A stretch of DNA of 64,000 nt. Source: Caldisericia bacterium (GTDB lineage: Bacteria; Caldisericota; Caldisericia; JAAYUI01). The DNA is taken from positions 992,001 through 1,056,000 of the forward strand of contig OY771555.1 of the NCBI GenBank assembly GCA_963674785.1, read 5' to 3'. The notes under the pieces are model-generated. The model was not told where the DNA came from and searched no databases. It was given only the letters and a program-made list of their open reading frames with translations. Both the position numbers and the translations under genes were made by a program. How positions within the stretch are numbered: position 1 is the stretch's first letter; each line of letters starts with the position of its first letter. Positions 1-9,652 of the stretch are shown in pieces.

Positions 1-330
1 CTATCAATTATCCCGAGCATTGATTGGCTGTGGAGGAGAGTGGTTATCATAGAAAGCGAAAAAACAATTGTCAAAAAGAATAGGAAATGGTGAAGGATAA
101 TGCTGCTTGAATTTGTTTGAGGATCCCAAAGTCTCTTTTTGTAAAGGGCAATAGCTAGTCCAACAGCGATTATCGCTAGAAAAACTGTAATAAAGATTGC
201 CCAAGGGTTCATGTGTATAAGTGTACCAATTTGTAAAGGAATTGCAAGCAATTGGAACAAATAAATATCTCCAATTTATGAAGGTTTTACTATGTTGAAT
301 ATAGGGATTTCTGGTGCTAGAATCGAGGTG

Positions 331-933
331 ATGAATAATGTGAAAAAAAGTGTTTTTTTGTGGGTAATTGCTCTTCTTCTGATAATAAGTTCCTATATGA
401 CAACAGCGTTTTTTATTGGCACTTGGCCTTTTGAAAAACAAGTGGAAACAAATATCACAGATGAGACTATTGAATTTCTCGATGGGTTGGGCGAAGAGAA
501 CTACAAAATTTCAAATGGTGGAAGGCTTATTTTTGAGGATTTTTCCATTGTTTATCCAGAAGGATGGATAATGATGGACGTTGGCGTGGAAGGCTCAGTG
601 GTAGGGGTTGACTCACTAGATCCGAACACAAGTGTTTCTGTTTCAAAAATTGATTTTGGTGAATCAAATATTGATGACATCGCGTATCTTCTTGGTGAAA
701 GAATTGATACTTGGTACAAAACTGCTGAGAGTAAAGATGTTCTCTTTTTAGAGAAAAATTGTACTCTTTTTTCGGGAATAATTGAAAAGATTGATAAGAG
801 TGAGGGTATGTTGGTGCTGGCAGTTCCATCAGGTGATGTGTATTTTCTTTTGACGGGAGTATTTGAGATGGAGAAAAAAAGTCAAGAAAAGATAGAAAGT
901 ATCTTTGAAACATTCCGTTTAAGTGACTCGTAA
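331..933 (+). CDS. membrane-anchored hypothetical protein, possibly PsbP/DUF1795-like extracytoplasmic domain
   Basis: ATG at 331 after GAGGTG; N-terminal TM helix; FSIVYPEGW motif; TAATG overlap with next gene. Confidence 0.6.
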   Translation: MNNVKKSVFLWVIALLLIISSYMTTAFFIGTWPFEKQVETNITDETIEFLDGLGEENYKISNGGRLIFEDFSIVYPEGWIMMDVGVEGSVVGVDSLDPNTSVSVSKIDFGESNIDDIAYLLGERIDTWYKTAESKDVLFLEKNCTLFSGIIEKIDKSEGMLVLAVPSGDVYFLLTGVFEMEKKSQEKIESIFETFRLSDS

Positions 934-1871
934 TGCTTCAGATAATCAGGCTACTTCAACTAATAAATGAGTTAAACAAGAATGATTTTGTCTCGTCAAA
1001 AGACTTAGCCTCAAAACTTGAGACATCAAGAAGAACAGTTATGAGAGACATCCAGGTTTTAAAAGATGCAGGATGCAGTATCAAATCTGATCGAAACGGA
1101 TATTTTCTGGAGAGCAAGGAAAAGTCTCAATTTTCGCTTTCTCTTTCTGGAGAAGAGAAGTTTACAATAATTGCCGGTTTACAAATGCTTTATGACACAA
1201 AGGACCCTTCACTCCAGATAATCTCAGCAAGACTTGTTGAAAAGCTTTTTGGTGGGGATTTTATGAGTGATTTTTTAAAGACCCCCAGTCTATTGAAAGA
1301 AAGCACAATTGAGCCAAATACATCGAAGATTGTTAGAAGGATAAGAGCAGCAGTTGATAACAGAAAGGTTATAAAATTTAGGTATTTAAAACCAGGGGAG
1401 ATATCAAAACCAAAACTACGCAAGGCCAATCCTTTAGCGGTTTTCTTTCGGAGACATGCGTATTATATGATTGCGTTTTGTCATAAAAGAAATCAGATTC
1501 GAATGTTTAGGGTAAGCAGGATTTGTGACCTTATAATGACAAGAGAAACATTCAAATCGACAGACTTCAACCTCAATGATTTTTTAGAGCCAGCATTTGA
1601 ACTAAACCCAAGCGGTCAGATTTCAGAAGTTGAGCTTAGATTCACGCCAAAGGTCGCACCTTTTATTGGTGAACTTATTTGGCATCCAAGCCAGAGAATA
1701 TCGAAAAACTCTGATGGCTCAGTAACCCTTATGATGAAGGTTGCGATAAATGAGGAACTAGCGAGGTGGGTGCTTAGTTATGGTTCTGAATGTACAATTG
1801 TTAGTCCAGTTTTATTGATAGATATAGTGAAGAATCATTTATACTCTCTAAAACAGTATTATAATATATAA
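933..1871 (+). CDS. WYL-domain transcriptional regulator (HTH_11 + WYL + WCX, YafY/PafBC-like)
   Basis: LASKLETSRRTVMRDIQVL HTH; YYMIAFCHKRNQIRMFRVSRI WYL motif; WVLSYGSEC WCX motif. Confidence 0.9.
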   Translation: MLQIIRLLQLINELNKNDFVSSKDLASKLETSRRTVMRDIQVLKDAGCSIKSDRNGYFLESKEKSQFSLSLSGEEKFTIIAGLQMLYDTKDPSLQIISARLVEKLFGGDFMSDFLKTPSLLKESTIEPNTSKIVRRIRAAVDNRKVIKFRYLKPGEISKPKLRKANPLAVFFRRHAYYMIAFCHKRNQIRMFRVSRICDLIMTRETFKSTDFNLNDFLEPAFELNPSGQISEVELRFTPKVAPFIGELIWHPSQRISKNSDGSVTLMMKVAINEELARWVLSYGSECTIVSPVLLIDIVKNHLYSLKQYYNI

Positions 1872-2195
1872 GTAGATATATAAATCTAGTTATAGACATT
1901 ATACAATATACTTGGACTGATTAATATCTGAATATTTACATATAGATAGTATACAAATAAATAATTGATATAAGACTATTTATAGAGTCTATTAATTATA
2001 AAAATATACTTAGCAGTATAATATAATAGAAAAAATAATATATCATATCTATAGAATATTTTTATGATATATAATATATAAATATATATTATTACATATT
2101 TTTATCAACATAATAGACTGAAAAGAAATGATAAATAATGAAGAGATATCTATAAATAGATTATCTATATAAATATATTCCAAAATATAACTAGC
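1872..2195. other. extremely AT-rich non-coding tract
   Basis: 2041-2100 has only 5 G/C in 60 nt; no ORF in the track. Confidence 0.85.
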
Positions 2196-2224
2196 TTGAC
2201 AAAATAAGCTTTTCATGGTATTTA
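2193..2224 (+). promoter_or_regulatory. putative sigma70 promoter overlapped by AGCTT-N8-AAGCT inverted repeat
   Basis: TTGACA 2196-2201, 17 nt, then TATTTA preceded by TGG (imperfect -10). Confidence 0.4.
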
Positions 2225-2339
2225 CTTCTGATGTGTATTTAAATTTGGTATAGTGCTGGGATTTCTATGAGATTCAGTTTTGCGCTGAACCATTTGGATT
2301 TAAAAAACGTATAGTTAAATAGTAATGAGGAGGCATGAG

Positions 2340-4811
2340 ATGAAAAAAATTGCAGTCCTTTTGTTAGTTTTAGTATTGATAATACCAACTGTCCTTATTA
2401 ATGCTTCATCGCCAATCTGTGAAACACCAGATTTTGAAAAGTTTGAAGGAAATCCAATTCTTCAACCAACAAAACCAGGTGTTGATGGGAAAAAATACTT
2501 TGATGCATCAGCGGTCACTGACCCATGCGTTGTGTATGCCGATGGCCAGTATCACATGTTCTATACTGGGTGGTATACCTGGCTAAATGGCGAGGGAAGC
2601 CAGGGATATATCGGATACGCAATCTCAGCAGATGGTAAAAACTTCCAGAAAATTGAGGGCAGTGCCGGTGGAGTAGAGGCACCTGGTGCAGTTCTTGGCC
2701 CAGGAGATAACACTGAGTTTGATGGAAAATCTGTGTTTGCCCCATCCGTTGTTTACCAAAATGGAATCTTTTGGATGTTCTATGTTGGTGAAGACATGGA
2801 TGGCAATACATCAATCGGTCTTGCAAGAGCCAGTGGAAACAGCAATCCGGTGTATTGGCAAAAGCTTGGTCAAACAATGAAACCAACGTTGGAAAGCTCT
2901 TTTGATGGCTACCAGATCGGTTCATGTACTGTAATCTATGATGAAAAATGGAAGATGTGGTATGCGGGTCAGTCAAAAACTGATTCAAGATGGAGAATAG
3001 GATATGCCTATACACCAGAGGCGGTACCAACAACCTGGACAAAATCAAACGGTAACAAGACCCAGGGTGCAGTTCTTGACATAGGTTCAAAAGTAACAGA
3101 TTTCGATAGCCTCTGTGTAAGAAACCCATCGGTTGTCAAGCAGGGAAACTGTTACTACATGGCATATGATACCTCGATGAGGAATGAAAAATCTTCCCAG
3201 ATTGGTTTAGCGGTTTCTGAAAATGGAATCGATTGGGAAAAAAGAGGGATTGTGCTTGACATGGGTACAGTTGGAGAGTTTGATGCCCTTATCGTTGCAA
3301 CCCCATGTTTGATTAAGACAGGGTTGGTTTTCAAACTCTATTATTGCAACTTCTCCGATATGAACTCTGGAATAGGACTTGCGACGACTGGCGATATGCC
3401 AACAAACATCGGCTCAGGAATCTTCAAAGCTGATTGCAAACTTGGTGATGGTTTTGATTTCTCAAGAGGAAACAAAACAACAGATCCAACTCAAGCTGAC
3501 CTGATCTTTGATTGTGGATATGGAACACCGAGGATGTGTGGAAGATTCATAAAAATGGATACAGACTTTGCCGATGCAGAGTGTGTTCCACATGAAGGAT
3601 ACCCAGCGATAAGCTCTATTAAAGAGAATTGCACAGAAATCAAAGCTGGCGAAACATACGCATTTAAGACAATAAATGATGAAAACTATGCGATTGCAAA
3701 AATCACCAACCTTTGGCAAGACCCACTTGACCCAACACATTGGGAAATTACGATCAAATGGAAATATCAGGCAAACGGCTCAAACTGCTTTATCGCTGGA
3801 TCAAATGATCCTCCAAGCAGACCATATAATGTGTACTGTCAAGCGGGAGATATGAACGTAAAGATCACCTGGACGTGTGCATTTGCAGCACCAGATAAAG
3901 AGATTAGATACTATGTCTATAGAGCCGATGAAGAGGGCGAGGCAAAAAATGCCACAATGCCAATTCATGACTTCCCAGTCTCTGAGTGCCAGTTTTCTGA
4001 CTATGGTCTCGAAAATGGAAAAACATACTATTACATCGTAAGAACTGTTGACCAGTATGGAAACCTTTCAGAGGCTTCTGGCGAATGCTTCTGTACACCA
4101 CAGGCAGTTCACCCTCCATCATTCCCAATGCCGCCATCACCTGGAATTGAAGGTGCTGGAACAGCGGACAATCCATTTATTGTTGAAGAGAACCCATACA
4201 CATTTGACTGGTGTGGATTCCCACCACAGTCGATGGTCATCATTCAGGGAGTGCAGTATATTGCAGACGGTTCAGGTTGTATTCATGTTAGTCTTGAACT
4301 GAAAGACGGACTCAATGCAATTGATTACACTGTTATCACACCAACAGGTGAGGTCTTTAATGATACTGTTTACTTTGAGATTAAGGATACCTCTATTCAT
4401 GTTGAGATGCGAATAGGATCAAAGGTTATCAAGAAGAATGATGAAGAAATTCTCGTTGATGCAGCTCCATATCTAGATGATAAAGTTTGGAGAACAATGG
4501 TTCCAATTAGGCATATCACTGAGGTTCTTGGTGCCCATGTCGAGTGGGATGGAACACAGAGAAAAGTAACTGTGACCACATATTGTGGAACAGAGATACT
4601 CAATAAAATGGAAATGTGGATTGATAAAAAGACGTATCTTATTAATGGTCAGCCAGGAGTCATGGACGTTGCGCCGATTATTCATCCGACTCTTAATAGG
4701 ACATATGTGCCATTTAGGTTTGTTGCCGAGGTTATGGGGGCATCAGTTGACTGGATACAGGATACTCAGACTGTTGTTTATGACTACACCCCGCCATCCA
4801 ACTGCCCATAA
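2340..4811 (+). CDS. secreted multidomain protein: GH32/43/130-like five-bladed propeller repeats, FN3 domain, copper amine oxidase N-terminal (stalk) domain
   Basis: GAGGAGG RBS; signal peptide; repeated FDxxxVxxPxVxxxxGxYxMxYxG blades; GLENGKTYYYIVRTVD FN3; RTMVPIRHITEVLGAHVEWD and RTYVPFRFVAEVMGASVDW. Confidence 0.8.
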   Translation: MKKIAVLLLVLVLIIPTVLINASSPICETPDFEKFEGNPILQPTKPGVDGKKYFDASAVTDPCVVYADGQYHMFYTGWYTWLNGEGSQGYIGYAISADGKNFQKIEGSAGGVEAPGAVLGPGDNTEFDGKSVFAPSVVYQNGIFWMFYVGEDMDGNTSIGLARASGNSNPVYWQKLGQTMKPTLESSFDGYQIGSCTVIYDEKWKMWYAGQSKTDSRWRIGYAYTPEAVPTTWTKSNGNKTQGAVLDIGSKVTDFDSLCVRNPSVVKQGNCYYMAYDTSMRNEKSSQIGLAVSENGIDWEKRGIVLDMGTVGEFDALIVATPCLIKTGLVFKLYYCNFSDMNSGIGLATTGDMPTNIGSGIFKADCKLGDGFDFSRGNKTTDPTQADLIFDCGYGTPRMCGRFIKMDTDFADAECVPHEGYPAISSIKENCTEIKAGETYAFKTINDENYAIAKITNLWQDPLDPTHWEITIKWKYQANGSNCFIAGSNDPPSRPYNVYCQAGDMNVKITWTCAFAAPDKEIRYYVYRADEEGEAKNATMPIHDFPVSECQFSDYGLENGKTYYYIVRTVDQYGNLSEASGECFCTPQAVHPPSFPMPPSPGIEGAGTADNPFIVEENPYTFDWCGFPPQSMVIIQGVQYIADGSGCIHVSLELKDGLNAIDYTVITPTGEVFNDTVYFEIKDTSIHVEMRIGSKVIKKNDEEILVDAAPYLDDKVWRTMVPIRHITEVLGAHVEWDGTQRKVTVTTYCGTEILNKMEMWIDKKTYLINGQPGVMDVAPIIHPTLNRTYVPFRFVAEVMGASVDWIQDTQTVVYDYTPPSNCP

Positions 4812-4837
4812 TTTTGATTAAATAAAATGAGAGATGG

Positions 4838-4873
4838 ATAGCCCCCAGATTTTACCGGGGGCTATTTTTATTT
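4838..4873 (+). terminator. rho-independent terminator
   Basis: ATAGCCCCC...GGGGGCTAT stem followed by T tract. Confidence 0.85.
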
Positions 4874-4951
4874 GGTGGGTAATGATTTTGTTATTGTTTT
4901 ACTGATTTGTAACCCGTTTACATATAAGGTGTCAAAACATTACAGGTAAAG

Positions 4952-5158
4952 ATGATGGGTGAAAATATATATCATGAATTAAAATCTGTTTTGAAGCTAC
5001 ACAAACCACCGGTTGACCTGAAGCGTAGCCTTATTTCCAAATGGAAAAAAAAGGATCTTGAGCAGAGGGTTGCAAAGGTTTTGGCGGGTGGAGTCGCTTG
5101 GTTTGTGTGTGCATCAACCCTTGCGTCTTTGCTCTTAAGGAGATCCAATGGAGCTTGA
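4952..5158 (+). CDS. small hypothetical protein with C-terminal TM helix
   Basis: 68 aa ORF overlapping the fabZ start by 11 nt; hydrophobic VLAGGVAWFVCASTLASLLL. Confidence 0.5.
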   Translation: MMGENIYHELKSVLKLHKPPVDLKRSLISKWKKKDLEQRVAKVLAGGVAWFVCASTLASLLLRRSNGA

Positions 5159-5585
5159 TTCAGTAGCTATAAAGAAGATATTGCCGCATAGGTATCCATT
5201 CCAGATGATCGACAAGATTCTTTCTGTGGAACCTGGAGTGAGTGCTGTGGGTATAAAAGCTGTGACAAGTACAGAGCCACATTTCCAAGGGCACTTTCCA
5301 GATTTGCCCGTGATGCCAGGAGTTTTGATTGTTGAGGCTATGGCTCAAACAGGAGCAATCTGTGGTTTGCTAATGCCAGAGTATAAGGGTGCAATTACCT
5401 TCTTTGGTGGAATCGAAAACATGAAGTTTAAGCATCCTGTTGTACCAGGCGATGTCATGAGAATTGAGATGAACGTTCTTAAGATGAAGATGGGTATCTT
5501 TAAGTTCAGCGCAACAGCAACAGTTGATGGAAAAGAAGTGGCATCAGGTGTTATGAATGCCGCACTTAGAAAGGTTGAAAAGTAA
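5148..5585 (+). CDS. fabZ: 3-hydroxyacyl-ACP dehydratase
   Basis: LPHRYPF and FQGHFPDLPVMPGVLIVEAMAQ motifs. Confidence 0.97.
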   Translation: MELDSVAIKKILPHRYPFQMIDKILSVEPGVSAVGIKAVTSTEPHFQGHFPDLPVMPGVLIVEAMAQTGAICGLLMPEYKGAITFFGGIENMKFKHPVVPGDVMRIEMNVLKMKMGIFKFSATATVDGKEVASGVMNAALRKVEK

Positions 5586-6572
5586 ATGCCAAGAGCAGGA
5601 ATTTTGAGTCTTTCAAGTTATACCCCTGAGAAAGTTTTGACAAACCATGATCTTGAAAAGATGGTTGATACCACCGATGAATGGATCGTAACAAGAACTG
5701 GAATCAAACAGAGACATATTGTTGCAGATGGTCAGGCAACATCTGATATCTCAGTGCTTGCTGCAAAAAAAGCACTCGACAAAATCGGACTTACACCTGA
5801 GGATATTGATTGTTATATCCTTGCAACAGCAACTCCGGATATGCTCTTTCCATCCACTGCCTGTCTTGTGACCGCCAAACTCGGAATCGATAAGATTGAC
5901 GGTCCTCCTGCAATGGATATTGCTGCTGGATGCACAGGTTTTGTATATGGATTGCAGATTGCAAAATCGTTTGTTGAATCAGGTACGTACAAAAAAGTCA
6001 TGGTCATCGGTGCAGAGGCACTCTCTCGAATTCTTGACTGGCAGGATAGAAATACCTGTGTTCTGTTTGGTGATGGGGCTGGATGTGCTGTTGTCGGAGA
6101 GGTTGAGTCTGGTGGAATCCTTGACACATATCTTGGGTCATGGGGAGCCGGTGGACTTCACCTTACACTTCCTGCTGGCGGGTCACTTAATCCTGCATCG
6201 GCAGAGACTGTTGAAAAAAGAATGCACTATGTTCATATGGATGGCTCAGATGTATTCAAGTTTGCTGTTCGAGCAATGGGAATCGGATGCAAAAAAGTCT
6301 TGGAAAGAACAGGACTAACTTCTGATGATATTGATTGGTTTGTTCCACATCAGGCAAACATCAGAATCATCGAATCTGCCTCAAAGAGACTTGGTATTCC
6401 AATGGAAAGAGTATTGATTAGTCTTGATAAGATTGGAAATACATCAGCAGCGTCCGTTCCAATGACGATTGATTACGCAATGGCTGAAAACAAAATCAAG
6501 AAGGGAGATAGGCTCTTGATGGTGGCATTTGGTGCAGGACTTACTTGGGGAGCCTCAGTAGTAGAATGGTAG
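5586..6572 (+). CDS. fabH: beta-ketoacyl-ACP synthase III
   Basis: DIAAGCTGF, PHQANIRII, GNTSAAS motifs. Confidence 0.97.
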   Translation: MPRAGILSLSSYTPEKVLTNHDLEKMVDTTDEWIVTRTGIKQRHIVADGQATSDISVLAAKKALDKIGLTPEDIDCYILATATPDMLFPSTACLVTAKLGIDKIDGPPAMDIAAGCTGFVYGLQIAKSFVESGTYKKVMVIGAEALSRILDWQDRNTCVLFGDGAGCAVVGEVESGGILDTYLGSWGAGGLHLTLPAGGSLNPASAETVEKRMHYVHMDGSDVFKFAVRAMGIGCKKVLERTGLTSDDIDWFVPHQANIRIIESASKRLGIPMERVLISLDKIGNTSAASVPMTIDYAMAENKIKKGDRLLMVAFGAGLTWGASVVEW

Positions 6573-7318
6573 ATAAACCACTTACCGGAAAAGTTGCTCT
6601 TGTAACAGGAGCATCGAGAGGAATTGGCAGAGATATTGCTCTTAAGCTTGCTGAGGATGGTGCGTCTGTCGTAGTCAACTATCCTTTCAGCGGAGAACTT
6701 GAGAACGCAAAAGAAACAAAAAAAATGATCGAAGAGGTAGGAGCAAAAGCAATCCTCGTTGAAGCTGATGTCTCTACTCTTGAGTCATGTGAGGAAATGG
6801 TCAACGAGGTTGTTGGACAGTTCGGGTCTCTTGATATCCTCGTTAATAATGCTGGAATCACAATTGATAAACTCATCCTTAGAATGAAAGAAGACGACTG
6901 GAAAAAAGTTATCGACGTAAATCTTTCCGGTTGTTTTAATTGCACAAAAGCCTCCCTTAAGGCTCTGATGAAGAGCAGAGGCAGAATTATTAATATTTCA
7001 TCTGTTATTGGTATCATGGGTAATCCTGGGCAAGCAAACTATGCAGCATCAAAGGCCGGAATTATTGCACTTTCAAAATCCGTTGCCAAAGAGATGGGTA
7101 GCAGAGGAATCACCTGCAATGCAATTGCACCTGGATTTATTGAAACTCCAATGACTGATACCTTGACAGAAGAGGTAAGAAATGATTATCTATCTAGGAT
7201 TCCGCTTAAGCGTTTCGGAACTTCTAGTGATATAGCAAATGCCGTAGCTTTCCTTGCAGGGCCATCCGGAGGCTACATCAGTGGTTCAGTAATTACAATC
7301 GATGGCGGACTAACCTAA
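6566..7318 (+). CDS. fabG: 3-oxoacyl-ACP reductase
   Basis: TGASRGIG, NNAG, YAASK SDR motifs; fab operon context. Confidence 0.96.
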   Translation: MVDKPLTGKVALVTGASRGIGRDIALKLAEDGASVVVNYPFSGELENAKETKKMIEEVGAKAILVEADVSTLESCEEMVNEVVGQFGSLDILVNNAGITIDKLILRMKEDDWKKVIDVNLSGCFNCTKASLKALMKSRGRIINISSVIGIMGNPGQANYAASKAGIIALSKSVAKEMGSRGITCNAIAPGFIETPMTDTLTEEVRNDYLSRIPLKRFGTSSDIANAVAFLAGPSGGYISGSVITIDGGLT

Positions 7319-7338
7319 TAATAAGGAGAATTGGTAAA

Positions 7339-7581
7339 ATGACAGACAATGAAATTTTAGATCAGATGAAAGAAATTATCGCAGACAAACTTGGTGTTGA
7401 TGCAGGAAAAGTCTCACCAGAGTCAAGATTCATGGAAGACCTTGGAGCAGATTCACTCGGTTTGGTTGATGTAACAATGGAGCTTGAAGACAAGTTTGAT
7501 GTGACGATTCCAGATGAGGATCTTCCAAAAATCACAACAGTCCAGGCTGCAATTGACTACGTCAAAGAGAAAATCGCATAA
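7339..7581 (+). CDS. acpP: acyl carrier protein
   Basis: DLGADSL phosphopantetheine site; AAGGAG RBS. Confidence 0.97.
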   Translation: MTDNEILDQMKEIIADKLGVDAGKVSPESRFMEDLGADSLGLVDVTMELEDKFDVTIPDEDLPKITTVQAAIDYVKEKIA

Positions 7582-7595
7582 GAGAAGATATCATC

Positions 7596-8828
7596 ATGAA
7601 AAGAATTGTCGTAACCGGGATTGGAGTGCTTTCTCCAATAGGAATCGGTAAGGACGAATTTTGGAATTCATTGACAACTGGCAAATCTGGCGTTGCTTTA
7701 CTTGAGGGATTTGATACTGATGATCTTAAGGTGAAGATTGGTGCCCAGGTAAAAAACTTCGACCCGAAAGATTACATCGATTCGAAGGAAATCCCAAAGA
7801 TTGACCCAGTAACTCAGTTTGCTCTTGCAGCCTCTGACTTGGCTGTTGCGGATGCAAATTTGAAATGGGATGAAATCGATAGGGATCGCGTTGGAACTCT
7901 GATTTCAACCGGAATTGGTGGCCTGCAGACCATCGAGAAAAATATTATTGCAATGGATAAAAAGGGTGCGAGAAGGGTTTCCCCCTACTTTATCCCAATG
8001 ATGATTGGTAATATGCCAAGTGCTCAGGTTGCAATAAGATATCATCTCAGAGGGCCATCCTCAAATGTCGTCACGGCTTGCGCAACATCCAATTATGCAA
8101 TTGGTGAGGCTGCCGAGATCATCAGAAGAGGCGATGCCGATATGATGTTTGCTGGTGGTGCCGAGGCTTCACTCATTCCGCTTGGAATTGCCGGATTTGC
8201 AAACATGAGAGCATTGTCAACAAGAAATGACGAACCTGAAAAAGCATCGAGACCATTTGACAAAGACCGCGATGGTTTTGTGATGGGTGAAGGTGGAGTT
8301 GTTCTTGTTCTTGAAGATTATGAGCTTGCAAAAAAACGCGGCGCAACTATCTATTGCGAGATCAAATCGGTTGGTTATTCAACCGATGCGTATCACATTA
8401 CTGCACCTGACCCAGATGGGTGGGGAGCAAAAAAATGTATGAACATTGCAATGGATAAAGCTGGCATCACAACTGCAGATGTCGATTACATCAATGCACA
8501 CGGAACTTCCACTCCGCTTAATGATAAAGGTGAGGCGATCGCGATTTCTGATGTTTTTGCATCAAGGATTAATGATGTTGCTGTTAATTCCACCAAGTCA
8601 ATGGTTGGACATCTTCTTGGGGCTGCTGGTGCTGTTGAGGCAGCAGCTGTTGCTCTACAGATCAAAAATGAGACTTTGCACCCATCGCTGAACTTTGTTG
8701 AGGGCGAAGAAGGCTTCAATCTTAATATTGTCACCAAAACCGAATCCAGAAAAATCAGAAATGCACTTTCTAATTCATTTGGATTTGGCGGACATAACTG
8801 TTGTTTGGCATTCGGAAAGGTTGACTGA
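7596..8828 (+). CDS. fabF: beta-ketoacyl-ACP synthase II
   Basis: TACAT, NAHGTST, GHLLGAAG, SNSFGFGG motifs. Confidence 0.97.
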   Translation: MKRIVVTGIGVLSPIGIGKDEFWNSLTTGKSGVALLEGFDTDDLKVKIGAQVKNFDPKDYIDSKEIPKIDPVTQFALAASDLAVADANLKWDEIDRDRVGTLISTGIGGLQTIEKNIIAMDKKGARRVSPYFIPMMIGNMPSAQVAIRYHLRGPSSNVVTACATSNYAIGEAAEIIRRGDADMMFAGGAEASLIPLGIAGFANMRALSTRNDEPEKASRPFDKDRDGFVMGEGGVVLVLEDYELAKKRGATIYCEIKSVGYSTDAYHITAPDPDGWGAKKCMNIAMDKAGITTADVDYINAHGTSTPLNDKGEAIAISDVFASRINDVAVNSTKSMVGHLLGAAGAVEAAAVALQIKNETLHPSLNFVEGEEGFNLNIVTKTESRKIRNALSNSFGFGGHNCCLAFGKVD

Positions 8829-9652
8829 TGAGCTCAGAAAAAACTGCGGATAAACCTGAAATGGTAAAATGCAAGGCTTGTGGAAAACTTACTGATCCAC
8901 AAACCTATAAAGAGAACCTTTATGTTTGTCCAAAGTGTGGCAACCATGGCAGGATGCCTGTTCGTGAAAGAATCGACCTGATGACTGATGAAGGTGGATT
9001 CGAAGAACTTTGGGGTGATTTGGTTTCGAAAGACCTGATTGGTTTTTCCGATGCAATGCCTTACTCCGAAAGGATAGAAAAGTATCGTGCTAAGACTGGT
9101 GAAAACGATGCACTTGTTACAGGAAGAGCAAAGATTCATGGAATCGATGTTGCTCTTGGAGTAATGAATTTCGATTTCATTGGCGGTTCGATGGGTGTTG
9201 TTGTTGGTGAAAAAGTTCTCAGACTTGCCGAATATGCAAAAGATGAGAAGGTTCCAATGATAATTCTTTCACAGTCGGGTGGAGCAAGAATGCAGGAATC
9301 AGTATTTGCCCTGATGCAGCTTGCTCGACTTTCAGGAGCTATCAAGAGATTCCAGGACGATGGTGGTCTCTTCATCTCTGCAATTGCCCATCCATGTACA
9401 GGTGGTGTTTCTGCCTCGTTTGCAATGCAGGGTGATTTAATTGTTTCTGAGAGTGGTGCATTGATAGGTTTTGCGGGACCTCGTGTAATTGAGCAGACGA
9501 TTAAACAAAAACTCCCAAAAAATTTCCAAAAAGCTGAATTCCTTCTGGAAAAGGGCTTCGTTGACAAGGTTGTGGATAGAAAAAATCTGAAGTGGATGCT
9601 TGGGAAGCTTCTTTCCTTGTATAAGGGTATTCCCCTCAAGGAGGAAAACTGA
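8828..9652 (+). CDS. accD: acetyl-CoA carboxylase carboxyltransferase beta subunit
   Basis: C4 zinc finger (CKAC...CPKC); GGSMG, SGGARMQE, GFAGPRVIEQT. Confidence 0.96.
   Translation: MSSEKTADKPEMVKCKACGKLTDPQTYKENLYVCPKCGNHGRMPVRERIDLMTDEGGFEELWGDLVSKDLIGFSDAMPYSERIEKYRAKTGENDALVTGRAKIHGIDVALGVMNFDFIGGSMGVVVGEKVLRLAEYAKDEKVPMIILSQSGGARMQESVFALMQLARLSGAIKRFQDDGGLFISAIAHPCTGGVSASFAMQGDLIVSESGALIGFAGPRVIEQTIKQKLPKNFQKAEFLLEKGFVDKVVDRKNLKWMLGKLLSLYKGIPLKEEN

Noticed and set aside
4-441. 145-aa minus-strand ORF
   Set aside because: No recognisable motif, atypical composition, overlaps a better-supported plus-strand gene; bases 1-330 left unassigned
1872-2195. Replication origin or CRISPR leader in the AT-rich tract
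   Set aside because: Only one imperfect DnaA-box-like 9-mer (TTATCAACA); no dnaA, cas genes or repeat-spacer array in the window
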